A DNA stretch of 64,000 bases, from contig PBTQ01000074.1 of the NCBI GenBank assembly GCA_002729125.1, forward strand, positions 52,507-116,506, in the 5' to 3' direction. Below, one piece after another: positions 39,607-48,613 of the stretch; the stretch's first letter is position 1, and each line of letters begins with the position of its first letter. This stretch comes from Acidimicrobiaceae bacterium. GTDB taxonomy: Bacteria; Actinomycetota; Acidimicrobiia; Acidimicrobiales; Aldehydirespiratoraceae. The position numbers and the translations under genes were made by a program. The notes under the pieces are model-generated. The model searched no databases and was not told the origin of the DNA. It saw only the letters and a program-made list of their open reading frames with translations.

Positions 39607-40056
39607 GTGGTCGCTTTCGTGTCGTCGATCATCGTCACCGCCTTGATCGTTGGCGGAATCCTCGCATACCAGAAGCGTCGTCCCGCCGATCAGGTCGTGA
39701 CCTGGGGCGAGGCGATGCTCGGCTCGATGATCGTCTTCTTCTTGATGTTCTGGGTCTACGGCGTCGTGCCGCACCAGTTCCTGACCTGGGCCGACAATGA
39801 GCTCAACTGGCGTTCCGACAAGATTCTCTTCGGCCCGTTCGATCTGCTCAAGTCGCAGCAGGACGGTGGCTGGTCGCCGATTCGTGTCAACTATGTCGTG
39901 TTGCGCGACCTCATCGCCGTTGGCATCTACGTCGTTGCGCTCGCCGGCAACATCTGGATGTGGGCCGCCTGGCAAAAGCGCGGCGAGAAGCAGAACGCAG
40001 AGACGACACCCGAACGCTCGACCTTCGGCCGTCCGCTCGTGAAGGAAGGTGCCTGA
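39607..40056 (+). CDS. 3-TM membrane protein of unknown family (first gene of the respiratory train)
   Basis: AGGAG lies 7 nt upstream. There are three hydrophobic helices, and the stop overlaps the next gene's start region. Confidence 0.6.
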   Translation: MVAFVSSIIVTALIVGGILAYQKRRPADQVVTWGEAMLGSMIVFFLMFWVYGVVPHQFLTWADNELNWRSDKILFGPFDLLKSQQDGGWSPIRVNYVVLRDLIAVGIYVVALAGNIWMWAAWQKRGEKQNAETTPERSTFGRPLVKEGA

Positions 40057-40060
40057 CTTC

Positions 40061-40477
40061 ATGGCGACCACCGACGCGAATCCGCCGCTTCCTGAGTTCC
40101 GCGACGACTACGTCCTCCAGCAGGTCGACGCCGCCTGGCTCACCGCCCAAGTCAAGCCGAAGCAGTTCATCCACATCGACCAGTCCGAGTGCATCATGTG
40201 CGAGGGCTGCGTCGACATCTGCCCTTGGAAGTGCATCCACATGGTGCGCCCCGACGCGATCGACGAAGCGATCGGCACGGAACTCCCGGGCAGCGACCCC
40301 AACGACAATGTGATCTTCACCATCGACGACGACGTGTGCACTCGGTGCGCTCTCTGCGTCGACCGGTGCCCCACTGGTGTGATCATCCTCGGCAAGATCG
40401 GCGACCCGCCGGCCGACGGTGATGCCCACCAGCGAACGAATACCCACGGTTACGGATACGGCATGCGCCTCGGCTGA
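40061..40477 (+). CDS. 2x[4Fe-4S] dicluster ferredoxin with an N-terminal extension
   Basis: CIMCEGCVDICP and CTRCALCVDRCP motifs. ATG 40061 follows GAAGGAAGG; GTG 40049 is an alternative start. Confidence 0.8.
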   Translation: MATTDANPPLPEFRDDYVLQQVDAAWLTAQVKPKQFIHIDQSECIMCEGCVDICPWKCIHMVRPDAIDEAIGTELPGSDPNDNVIFTIDDDVCTRCALCVDRCPTGVIILGKIGDPPADGDAHQRTNTHGYGYGMRLG

Positions 40478-40509
40478 CGCCGGAGTGCCCTGACACGAAA
40501 CAAAGATCT

Positions 40510-41304
40510 ATGGCGAACACTGACGAAGACGTGAAGAAGCCCCTGCCGCAGCGACTGCAGGACCAAGCAACCCAGCTCGTCGACGCGACCCAGTCCTCTC
40601 AGGCCTGGAACTCGATCTTCCGACCTGGCTCGATCTTCCGGAAGGGCTACACCGACAGCCCTCGAAACCGGTCCTACGTGATCATGAATTCGGTGCTCTA
40701 CCACCTGCACCCGGTGAAGGTGAAGCGTCACGCTGTCAAGGTCAGCTACACGCTGTGCCTCGGCGGTCTGTCCTTTTTCCTGTTCATCTTGCTGACGGTC
40801 ACTGGCATCTTCTTAATGTTCTTCTACCGGCCGACCGCTGCAGCGGCCTGGGACGACATCTACACGCTGCAAAACAGCGTGACCTTCGGCCTGCTGGTCA
40901 GGAACATGCATCGGTGGGCAGCCCACTTGATGGTGCTCTCGGTGTTCCTCCACATGGCCCGCGTCTTCTACCACGGTGCGTACAAGGCGCCCCGTGAGTT
41001 CAACTGGGTGATCGGCGTCAACCTTTTGCAGTTCACCCTGCTGCTCTCGTTCACCGGCTACCTCCTGCCCTGGGACCAGCTGGCCCTCTGGGCGGTGACG
41101 GTGGGTACCAACATGATGGGGTACACGCCGGTGTTCGGTGAACAAGTCCGCTTCGTGCTGCTCGGTGGCGTGGAGATCGGCACCGACACGCTGCTCCGGT
41201 GGTACGTATTGCACGTCTTGCTCCTACCTTTCGTGCTCGTCATCTTCATGGCGATCCACTTCTGGCGAGTGCGCAAGGACGGCGGCATCTCGGGTCCGCT
41301 CTAA
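40510..41304 (+). CDS. Cytochrome b, b6-type (N-terminal four-helix haem-binding half only)
   Basis: Haem-ligand His pairs lie in NMHRWAAHLM and YVLHV...AIHFW. YLLPWDQLALWA motif. 264 aa. Confidence 0.85.
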   Translation: MANTDEDVKKPLPQRLQDQATQLVDATQSSQAWNSIFRPGSIFRKGYTDSPRNRSYVIMNSVLYHLHPVKVKRHAVKVSYTLCLGGLSFFLFILLTVTGIFLMFFYRPTAAAAWDDIYTLQNSVTFGLLVRNMHRWAAHLMVLSVFLHMARVFYHGAYKAPREFNWVIGVNLLQFTLLLSFTGYLLPWDQLALWAVTVGTNMMGYTPVFGEQVRFVLLGGVEIGTDTLLRWYVLHVLLLPFVLVIFMAIHFWRVRKDGGISGPL

Positions 41305-41325
41305 GGCAAGAAGGAGAAGAAGGAC

Positions 41326-42117
41326 ATGACCGAAGTCCCCGAACACCTCCGCAAGCGGGCCGAAGAGGCCCGGGCCAAGGCCGCTGCGGCCAAGGCTGCA
41401 GCCGACTCCCCGGCTGAGGCCCCCGCCGAGGAACTCAGCGCCGAACAGCAAGAGGCTACGTCGAAGATCCCGGCGCACCTGCTCGAGCGATCCAAGGCCG
41501 CCAAGGCCAAGGCCGCCGGTGGCGACGCTGGCGGCGCCGCCACCGGAACCGCCGTCGCCACGGCTCCCACCGCTGCCGCCCCCACTGCTGCGTCAGGCGC
41601 CCCGGTGCCGACCGGGCCCGGTGGTCACACCCAGCGCCTGCTCACGGTCGTGAAGTCGGGCTCGATTCAAGACGTCAAGGCCGTCCCGCAGGACAAGGTC
41701 CACACCTGGCCTCACCTGCTCGTGGTCGAGTTCGGCGCCGCTCTGTTTGCGCTCGCGTTCACCTTGATCTTCTCGATCTTCGTCAATGCTCCGCTCCTAG
41801 AACTCGCCAACTTCAACGAGACGCCGAACCCGTCGAAGGCCCCGTGGTACTTCCTCGGCCTGCAGGAACTCCTCACGGTGTTCCACCCGATGGTCGCTGG
41901 CGTGACCATCCCGGGTATCGGCTTGTTCTTCTTGATGTTCGTTCCCTACATCGACCGAAACCCGTCGGCGAAGCCCGAGGATCGCAAGTTCGCGGTCTCG
42001 TTGATGACCGTCCACCTCATGTTCTGGGCTGTGCTGACCATGATCGGCTCGTTCTTCCGAGGTCCTGGATTCAACTTCGTCTTCCCGTGGGAAGCCGGCT
42101 TGTTCTTCGAGCTGTAA
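41326..42117 (+). CDS. Cytochrome b C-terminal-half / subunit-IV-like protein with a long Ala-rich N-terminal extension
   Basis: The APWYFLGLQELL (PEWY-type) motif and three TM helices lie in the last roughly 140 aa. The N-terminal roughly 120 aa carries two (V/I)P(E/A)HL repeats. Confidence 0.8.
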   Translation: MTEVPEHLRKRAEEARAKAAAAKAAADSPAEAPAEELSAEQQEATSKIPAHLLERSKAAKAKAAGGDAGGAATGTAVATAPTAAAPTAASGAPVPTGPGGHTQRLLTVVKSGSIQDVKAVPQDKVHTWPHLLVVEFGAALFALAFTLIFSIFVNAPLLELANFNETPNPSKAPWYFLGLQELLTVFHPMVAGVTIPGIGLFFLMFVPYIDRNPSAKPEDRKFAVSLMTVHLMFWAVLTMIGSFFRGPGFNFVFPWEAGLFFEL

Positions 42118-42135
42118 GGCAAGGAGGAACCACCA

Positions 42136-43017
42136 ATGCTCATCGCAGCCATCGTCGTCATCGCCCTGCTGGCCGCCGTCGCTGTATTCTCCGCGCTCAA
42201 GAGTCGCGATGCCGACGGTGCCGTCGGCATCCTCTCTCGGGAGACCAAAGCACGCGACCGTGAATCGACCGTCCTCGGTGACGAGGACGCCCTCACGGGT
42301 AAGCAGGTCGAGCGGGCCCAGGTCCTCGAGCGCAAGGCCGCCAGCAAGGAGCTTGTCCTCGCTGCCCGCCAGAGTGCGCCGCCGGCTCCCTATGTGCCGC
42401 CAGATCCCGAGGTCATCGGCGTCTCGCGTCGCCAGTTCTTCAACCGCACCATCATCCTCATGATGCAAATCGGTCTCGGCGGCTTCGGCCTCGCGTCGAT
42501 CGCCTTCCTGTGGCCCCAGCTTGGTGGTGGCTTTGGCTCGGCTATTCGAGTCGGCCTCGTGAGCGACGTGCTCAGCGAGATCCGCAGCGCCAACGGCTTC
42601 CTGTACCGGGCGGAAGGCCGCATGTGGATCACCGAATATCCAAACGGTGCGGTTGAGAAGGCCCGCGCTGCCTACTCGGCCAACGAACTCGCCGGCATGG
42701 AAGCCGGTCTCGCGCTGGGGCTCGACGGTGGCGTCATCGCCATCTACCAGAAGTGCCCGCACCTCGGCTGCCGCGTGCCCGAGTGCGTCACTTCCCAGTG
42801 GTTCGAGTGCCCCTGCCACGGTTCTCAGTACAACCGTGTCGGCGAAAAGCGTGGTGGCCCAGCCCCGCGCGGCATGGATCGCTTCGCCATGAGCGTCTCG
42901 GCCGATGGTGTTCTCACCGTCGATACCGGCACGATCATCCAGGGCCCGCCGATCGGCACGAACACCACCGGGCAGGAGGCCGAAGGCCCCAACTGCATCG
43001 GTCAGTCGTCGCACTAG
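42136..43017 (+). CDS. Rieske [2Fe-2S] protein
   Basis: CPHLGCRV...CPCHGSQY cluster boxes and an N-terminal TM helix. Confidence 0.85.
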   Translation: MLIAAIVVIALLAAVAVFSALKSRDADGAVGILSRETKARDRESTVLGDEDALTGKQVERAQVLERKAASKELVLAARQSAPPAPYVPPDPEVIGVSRRQFFNRTIILMMQIGLGGFGLASIAFLWPQLGGGFGSAIRVGLVSDVLSEIRSANGFLYRAEGRMWITEYPNGAVEKARAAYSANELAGMEAGLALGLDGGVIAIYQKCPHLGCRVPECVTSQWFECPCHGSQYNRVGEKRGGPAPRGMDRFAMSVSADGVLTVDTGTIIQGPPIGTNTTGQEAEGPNCIGQSSH

Positions 43018-43074
43018 GCCCGGTAGCCTCCGTCCGTTCCCATCCCAGAGAGTTCTCGACCACCCGACACTCGC

Positions 43075-44568
43075 ATGTTGCTCGCTGCCTCCACACAACG
43101 AACCATCGGACTCGTCATCTTGGCGATCGTCTTCCTCGGTGGGATCGTCTACATCTACTTCAACATCCGCTCGGCTCGCGACGAAGTCGGCTCGGAAATC
43201 GAGCTCGCCTCCAACCGCAAGCCGTACCTCTCCGACGAGGATCTCGAGGGCAAGAAGCTCGATCTTGCGCTTGGCTCGAGCCTGGTGCTGCTGACGATCG
43301 TGGCCATCACCTTGCCGCTCTACTGGCTCGGTGAGCCGGGGCGTCACGAAGGCCGGGATCTTGACACGTGGCGGATCTCCACCAACCGTGGCGAGGAGAT
43401 CTATCTCGAGGGTGCGCAGTGCGTGAACTGTCACGGCCCTGAGGGTGCCGGCGGTGTGGTCAACACCGCCATCACCTCGTCCTCCGGCGAGTTCGTGGCC
43501 CAGGTCAACTGGAAGGCACCGGCCCTCAACACGCTGATGTCGCGCTACACCGAGGACGAGATTCTCCACGTGCTCAACTACGGCCGAAACGGTGTCATGC
43601 CAGCCTGGGGTTCCGGTGGCGGCGGTCCGCTCACCGATCAGCAGCTTGAAGAGATCATCTTCTATCTCCGCAGCGTTCAGATCTCCGAAGATGAGATCCG
43701 CTCACAGGTCGACAGTGGTGTCGAGGCCGGTGCTAAGGCGCTGATCCTCGAAACCAGCGATGAGGCGTGGGCGGTCGAGGTCCGGGCCGCGGAAGCCGCC
43801 CAGGCCGAAGCCGCCGTGGCCGTTCGGTTGCTCGGTCGGGCCGACTTCGACTTCGAGTGCTCCGACGACGTCAGCGAGTGCCTCGCACTCGACGAGGCCA
43901 ATGCCCGTCTCACCGCAGCGAACGAGGCTGCAGTCGAGCCGCTCGATGCGGCTGTGTCCACCTGGTTCGATCAGGTCTCGGCGGCGAAGGCCGCAGCCAA
44001 TGCCCTTGTGATTGAGGACGACCCGTCGCTCGCCGATGAGGGCAATGAGGACGACCTCCGAGCTGCTGCGCTCGAAATTCTTTCGACCCCCGATGCGTTC
44101 GAGGGGCAGGAGGCGTACCTCCAGTGGGGCGAGATCCTCTTTAGTAATACGGCGGCCGCCGGCACGTACAGCTGCGCCCGCTGCCATACCTACGGCTGGA
44201 GCTTCGACGGCTCGTCTGACTACGTGCTGGAGGAAAACGGCCGCGACGGTCCGATCCCCGAGCTCGTCGACGGGTATATCACCGCTGGTGGCTTCTTTGG
44301 CCCCAACCTGACCGGCGGCTCAACCCTTTCGCAGTTCGAGACCGCCATCGGCCAGTCGGCCTTCATCACGGGAGGCCAGGCCATTGGTCAGACCTACGGA
44401 CGTGGTGGTTCGGGCGGCAACGGCCAGATGCCCGGCTTCGGCGCGCTGACGGAAGCCAACCCGGTGGGCCCAGGTATGGGCCCCGGCTCCGGCATCGTCT
44501 TCGAGTATCCGGCCCTGCTCACCGACGAGCAGATCGATGCCATCGTGGCGTTTGAGAGGACTCTCTGA
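43075..44568 (+). CDS. Membrane-anchored dihaem c-type cytochrome
   Basis: An N-terminal TM helix. Haem site CVNCH with MPAWG, and haem site CARCH with GQMPGFG, separated by a long Ala/Glu-rich segment. Confidence 0.8.
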   Translation: MLLAASTQRTIGLVILAIVFLGGIVYIYFNIRSARDEVGSEIELASNRKPYLSDEDLEGKKLDLALGSSLVLLTIVAITLPLYWLGEPGRHEGRDLDTWRISTNRGEEIYLEGAQCVNCHGPEGAGGVVNTAITSSSGEFVAQVNWKAPALNTLMSRYTEDEILHVLNYGRNGVMPAWGSGGGGPLTDQQLEEIIFYLRSVQISEDEIRSQVDSGVEAGAKALILETSDEAWAVEVRAAEAAQAEAAVAVRLLGRADFDFECSDDVSECLALDEANARLTAANEAAVEPLDAAVSTWFDQVSAAKAAANALVIEDDPSLADEGNEDDLRAAALEILSTPDAFEGQEAYLQWGEILFSNTAAAGTYSCARCHTYGWSFDGSSDYVLEENGRDGPIPELVDGYITAGGFFGPNLTGGSTLSQFETAIGQSAFITGGQAIGQTYGRGGSGGNGQMPGFGALTEANPVGPGMGPGSGIVFEYPALLTDEQIDAIVAFERTL

Positions 44569-45707
44569 TGGAAATGGTCGAACTGATCGGCGTTCTCGAC
44601 TGGATCGACGGGCTCGAGTGGGATCCCCATGTCCGCGGCTTCCTTGCGGTCTTCGCGGGCTTCTGTGTCTGGATGGGCTCCATCTGGATCATCGTGTCCA
44701 GCAACAGCGGCGTCCGCCTCGGCACCCTGCTGGCCCTGGCGGGTCTCTTTGCCTGGCTGACCATCTTGGGTTCGATCTGGTGGCTCTATGGCATCGGTTG
44801 GGCTGGTGACGGCCCGGTATGGGACGAAGTCGAGATCGTCGAGGGCACCGAGGCGGAAGGCCACCTGACCTTCGCAGCGCTCGACGAGGCCAACCTGCTT
44901 CGCACCGAATCTCTGCCGTCGGCGCATGAGACGGTCGTTGCGGCTGCCGAGGCTGCCGAGGCTGAGTTCGGCGCCGACTGGCGAACCATGGATTCGGCCG
45001 GCCTCAGTAATGATGCCGTCGATCGTCTCGTCGAGATCCAGCTTGCCGACGCGGAATTCGGCGTCATCGTCGCCGAGCGCCTCACGCCCGACCAGGTCGA
45101 GGGCCTGTCGCTGGTGGAGATCGACACACTCGTCGCTGCAGAGCAGAGTCGCAACGAGGCGACCACCTGGTCTGAACTCGCCGCGGTTACCCCTGGTCTG
45201 ATCGATCCTGACAATGCGAACCTCGGAGGCTGGACACTCCTGTCCACCGCCGAGGCGGGTGAGGCGCAGGCCTCGGCCATCGCCATGCTGCTCGAGTCCG
45301 ACGATTTCTCCTTCGCCGACCAGAGCCAGTTCAAGCTCCTTGACGCCTACACCATCGGCGGCAAGGAGGGCCTGCCCGATGACCCGAACGTTCTCGACCG
45401 GGTCTGGACCAGGATCCGTCAGACTGCGCAGATCAGCCACCCGACCCGCTACGGCATCATCCAGGTGCAGCAGGTCACGGAGGAGTCGTTGACCAACCTG
45501 CCGGGTAGCGCTCCGCAGATCCCAGTGGTCGACGAAGACGAGCCGATTGTCTCGGTCGTGATGATCCGCAACCTTGGCAACCTGCGTCAGGTGCCGGCGT
45601 TCTTCACCATCGGTTCGCTGCTCATCTTCTTGTCGCTGTGTTACATGCTCCACGAACGCGACAAGCTTGTCATGGCTCGGCGAGCTGAGTTCGAAAAGGC
45701 GGCGTAA
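44568..45707 (+). CDS. Membrane protein of unknown family (3 N-terminal TM, acidic soluble domain, C-terminal TM)
   Basis: Its ATG overlaps the cytochrome c stop (TGATG), and it ends 3 nt before nuoA. No motif recognised. Confidence 0.6.
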   Translation: MEMVELIGVLDWIDGLEWDPHVRGFLAVFAGFCVWMGSIWIIVSSNSGVRLGTLLALAGLFAWLTILGSIWWLYGIGWAGDGPVWDEVEIVEGTEAEGHLTFAALDEANLLRTESLPSAHETVVAAAEAAEAEFGADWRTMDSAGLSNDAVDRLVEIQLADAEFGVIVAERLTPDQVEGLSLVEIDTLVAAEQSRNEATTWSELAAVTPGLIDPDNANLGGWTLLSTAEAGEAQASAIAMLLESDDFSFADQSQFKLLDAYTIGGKEGLPDDPNVLDRVWTRIRQTAQISHPTRYGIIQVQQVTEESLTNLPGSAPQIPVVDEDEPIVSVVMIRNLGNLRQVPAFFTIGSLLIFLSLCYMLHERDKLVMARRAEFEKAA

Positions 45708-45710
45708 CTC

Positions 45711-46181
45711 GTGCTCGGCCAGTACCTGCCCCTGCTGATGCTGTTTGGGCTGGCGGTGCTCTTCGCCGCCGGCAGCTTTATTGCATCAGGCCTCCTGGCC
45801 CCGCGCAATCCGACATACGCCAAGCGAGCTGCGTATGAGTGCGGCATCGTCCCGACCAAAGAGACACCAGAACGCTTCCCGGTGAAGTTCTTCCTGGTCG
45901 CCATGATCTTCATCGTCTTCGACATCGAGATCATCTTCTTCTACCCGTACGCTCTGGCCTACGGGAGTCTCGGCGTGTTCGGCCTGGCGATGATCATGGT
46001 CTTCACGTTCGCCGTTTTCGAGTCGTTCGTGTACCTCATCAGCAACGGCGCGCTCGAATGGGGCCCGCTCAAGCAGGTGGCCCGCCCGTCCGGCGCCGTC
46101 TCGCCGGAACGGACCGCTGATTCCACCATTCGCCGTGTCGGTCTTGAGAACCGGCCGATCGCCGAGGAGACGGCAGCGTGA
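45711..46181 (+). CDS. nuoA: NADH-quinone oxidoreductase subunit A
   Basis: YECGIVP...[24 protein letters not shown]. Carries a C-terminal extension of about 35 aa. Confidence 0.9.
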   Translation: MLGQYLPLLMLFGLAVLFAAGSFIASGLLAPRNPTYAKRAAYECGIVPTKETPERFPVKFFLVAMIFIVFDIEIIFFYPYALAYGSLGVFGLAMIMVFTFAVFESFVYLISNGALEWGPLKQVARPSGAVSPERTADSTIRRVGLENRPIAEETAA

Positions 46182-46771
46182 GGATTCCAGGGCTCGGTGA
46201 AACCCAGTCGATCGCCGACAACGGCCTGGAGGGGATGGATCACAACTTCCTCACCGGCAATGTCGAGAACCTGGTCAGCTGGGCACGGTCCCGCAGCCTC
46301 TGGCCGGCCACGTTCGGTCTCGCGTGCTGCGCAATCGAGATGATGGCGTCGGGTACGGCCCACTACGACCTCGCCCGCTACGGCATGGAGACCTTCCGGG
46401 CATCGCCTCGGCAGGCCGACCTCATGATCGTTGCTGGCCGGGTTAGCCAGAAGATGGCTCCGGTTCTCCGCCAAGTCTACGACCAGATGATGGAACCCAA
46501 GTGGGTGATCTCCATGGGCGTGTGCGCCTCGAGCGGCGGCATGTTCAACAACTACGCGATCGTGCAGGGCGTCGACCAGATCGTGCCGGTTGATGTTTAC
46601 GCACCAGGCTGCCCACCCGGGCCGGAAACCCTCCTGCACGCGATCTTTACCCTGCACACCAAGATCGAGTCCGGCGAGCTTGTCCGACGCCGCGAGGCGA
46701 ACGGCGGCGGCGCCGGTATCACCATCGAACAGCGCGACGGACAGACCGCCGGCCTAACGATCGGGGGCTGA
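46178..46771 (+). CDS. nuoB: NADH-quinone oxidoreductase subunit B
   Basis: [33 protein letters not shown] and PGCPP (N2 cluster ligands). Confidence 0.92.
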   Translation: MRIPGLGETQSIADNGLEGMDHNFLTGNVENLVSWARSRSLWPATFGLACCAIEMMASGTAHYDLARYGMETFRASPRQADLMIVAGRVSQKMAPVLRQVYDQMMEPKWVISMGVCASSGGMFNNYAIVQGVDQIVPVDVYAPGCPPGPETLLHAIFTLHTKIESGELVRRREANGGGAGITIEQRDGQTAGLTIGG

Positions 46772-46772
46772 C

Positions 46773-47315
46773 ATGAGTGACGAGACCGCAGCCGCCGAAG
46801 AGGCGGGGGTCGAGGCCGTCGCCGAGAAAGCTGCCGTCGATCTGCGCTTCGGCGCAGTCGTGGGCGAGTCCCACGGCGATGTTGTGTTACACGCCTCGGT
46901 CGAGATCTACCTTGAGGTCTGCCGCGAGGCTCACGCTGACGGGTTTGACCAACTGATCGACCTCACCGCTGTCGACTATCTCACGTACGCCGGCGAGCGC
47001 ACGCTCCCGGGCGGGCTCACCCCGGAACGCTTCGAGGTGGTCACGTCGCTGATCAACCATGTCCGCCGCGAACGGATCCGTATCCGCACCCAGGTGAGCG
47101 CTGACGAACCGACCATCCCAAGCCTCTTCGACCTGTGGCCCGGCAGCGAGTACCTCGAACGTGAGGCGTTCGACATGTTCGGCATCACCTTCGCCGACCA
47201 CCCCGACATGAGCCGGGTCCTTATGCCCGAGGACTGGGTCGGGCATCCTCTCCGCAAGGACTATGCCGTCGGCGCCATCCCCGTCCAGTTCAAGGCAGCG
47301 AGCAACGAACGATGA
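46773..47315 (+). CDS. nuoC: NADH-quinone oxidoreductase subunit C
   Basis: EREAFDMFGITFADHPDMSRVLMPEDW...HPLRKDY. Confidence 0.9.
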   Translation: MSDETAAAEEAGVEAVAEKAAVDLRFGAVVGESHGDVVLHASVEIYLEVCREAHADGFDQLIDLTAVDYLTYAGERTLPGGLTPERFEVVTSLINHVRRERIRIRTQVSADEPTIPSLFDLWPGSEYLEREAFDMFGITFADHPDMSRVLMPEDWVGHPLRKDYAVGAIPVQFKAASNER

Positions 47316-48613
47316 CGATCACCGACGAAACCCCCGAGACGATCGATGGTGCCGCACGTGTCCGCCAGCGTGGCGAGGATGCTGCGGTCCTGCGCCTCAG
47401 CGAGGCCCAGGCCGCCGCGATCGGCACCGACGCCACCACCCCTGACGATGACGAGCGGGTCCTGCTCAATATGGGCCCGTCGCATCCGTCGACCCACGGC
47501 GTGTTGCGCCTCATGTTGGAGATGGAGGGTGAGACTGTCATCCGGTCAAAGCCGGTCGTGGGCTACCTGCACACCGGCATGGAGAAGCAGGCCGAGCAGC
47601 TGACCTTCCTGCAGGGGTGCACCAACGTCACCCGCATGGACTACGCCTCGCCGTTCTTCACCGAACTGGCGTTCAGCCTCGCCACCGAGAAGCTCCTCGA
47701 TATCTCGGTGCCCGAGCGTGCGGTCTGGATCCGCATGCTGATGAGCGAGCTCAACCGCATCAGCTCCCACCTGTTGTTCATGGCCACCAACGGCATGGAT
47801 CTCGGTGCCGTGTCGATGATGATCTACGGCTGGCGTGAACGCGAAGAAGTCCTCCGCTTCTTCGAAAAGGTCACGGGTCTGCGGATGAACCACAACTACA
47901 TCCGCCCCGGTGGTGTCGCCGCTGATCTTCCCGACGGCTGGAAGGGTGAGATCGAGGCGTTGCTCGAACTGCTGCCGCCTCGCCTCGAGGAGTATGACGT
48001 CCTCATGACCGGGCAGCCGATTTGGCGTGAACGCCTGCAGGGCGTCGGCACGCTGAACACCGATGAGGCGCTCGCCTTGTCGGCTACCGGTCCGATCCTT
48101 CGTTCCACCGGCTATGCCTGGGACCTTCGTCGCGATCAGCCCTACCTCGCCTATGACGAGGTCGATTTCGACGTCATCGTCGGCACGTACGGCGACTGCT
48201 ACGACCGCTACGCGATCCGTCTCAACGAGATCCGCGAGTCGATGCGCATCGTCGAACAGATTCTCGACAAGATGCCGTCGGGCGATTACCGGGTGCAGGA
48301 CAAGAAGGTCACCCCGCCGCCTCGCATTCGCATCGATCAATCGATGGAAGCGCTCATCCACCACTTCAAGATCTTCACCGAGGGCTTCAAGGTCCCCGAG
48401 GGGGAGGCCTATGCGTGTGTCGAGTCACCCCGTGGCGAGCTCGGCATCTACATGGTTTCTGACGGCAGCTCGACGCCCTACCGCATGCATGTGCGGGGCC
48501 CGTCGTTCATCAACGTCCAGGCCATGCCGCACCTCATGCGCGACAGCCTCATCGCCGACGTCGTGGCGATCATCTCCAGCGTCGACCCCATCATGGGCGA
48601 GGTCGATCGATGA
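47312..48613 (+). CDS. nuoD: NADH-quinone oxidoreductase subunit D
   Basis: LNMGPSHPSTHGVLRL, ESPRGELG and a DPIMGEVDR terminus. Confidence 0.92.
   Translation: MTITDETPETIDGAARVRQRGEDAAVLRLSEAQAAAIGTDATTPDDDERVLLNMGPSHPSTHGVLRLMLEMEGETVIRSKPVVGYLHTGMEKQAEQLTFLQGCTNVTRMDYASPFFTELAFSLATEKLLDISVPERAVWIRMLMSELNRISSHLLFMATNGMDLGAVSMMIYGWREREEVLRFFEKVTGLRMNHNYIRPGGVAADLPDGWKGEIEALLELLPPRLEEYDVLMTGQPIWRERLQGVGTLNTDEALALSATGPILRSTGYAWDLRRDQPYLAYDEVDFDVIVGTYGDCYDRYAIRLNEIRESMRIVEQILDKMPSGDYRVQDKKVTPPPRIRIDQSMEALIHHFKIFTEGFKVPEGEAYACVESPRGELGIYMVSDGSSTPYRMHVRGPSFINVQAMPHLMRDSLIADVVAIISSVDPIMGEVDR

Noticed and set aside
39304-40071. An N-terminal extension that turns the cytochrome c gene into a 538-aa ORF (38455-40071).
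   Set aside because: The extension runs antisense through the 149-aa membrane-protein gene and across the lower-GC intergenic region. A GTG with a GGAGA Shine-Dalgarno at 39303 gives a sensible 282-aa protein beginning with the conserved TEVPEHL motif.
41797-43569. A 590-aa minus-strand ORF, and similar long antisense ORFs at 18121-19644, 22280-23551, 25181-26905, 28990-30192, 30918-32033, 44394-45653, 50576-52198, 58230-59951 and 59627-61933.
   Set aside because: Each lies opposite a gene with unambiguous family motifs (Rieske, cytochrome c, ABC1 kinase, mshA, acyl-CoA ligase, hemA, hemC/hemD, nuoG, nuoM, nuoN). Each has an Arg/Gly/Asp/His-rich shadow-frame composition. High GC suppresses stop codons in non-coding frames.
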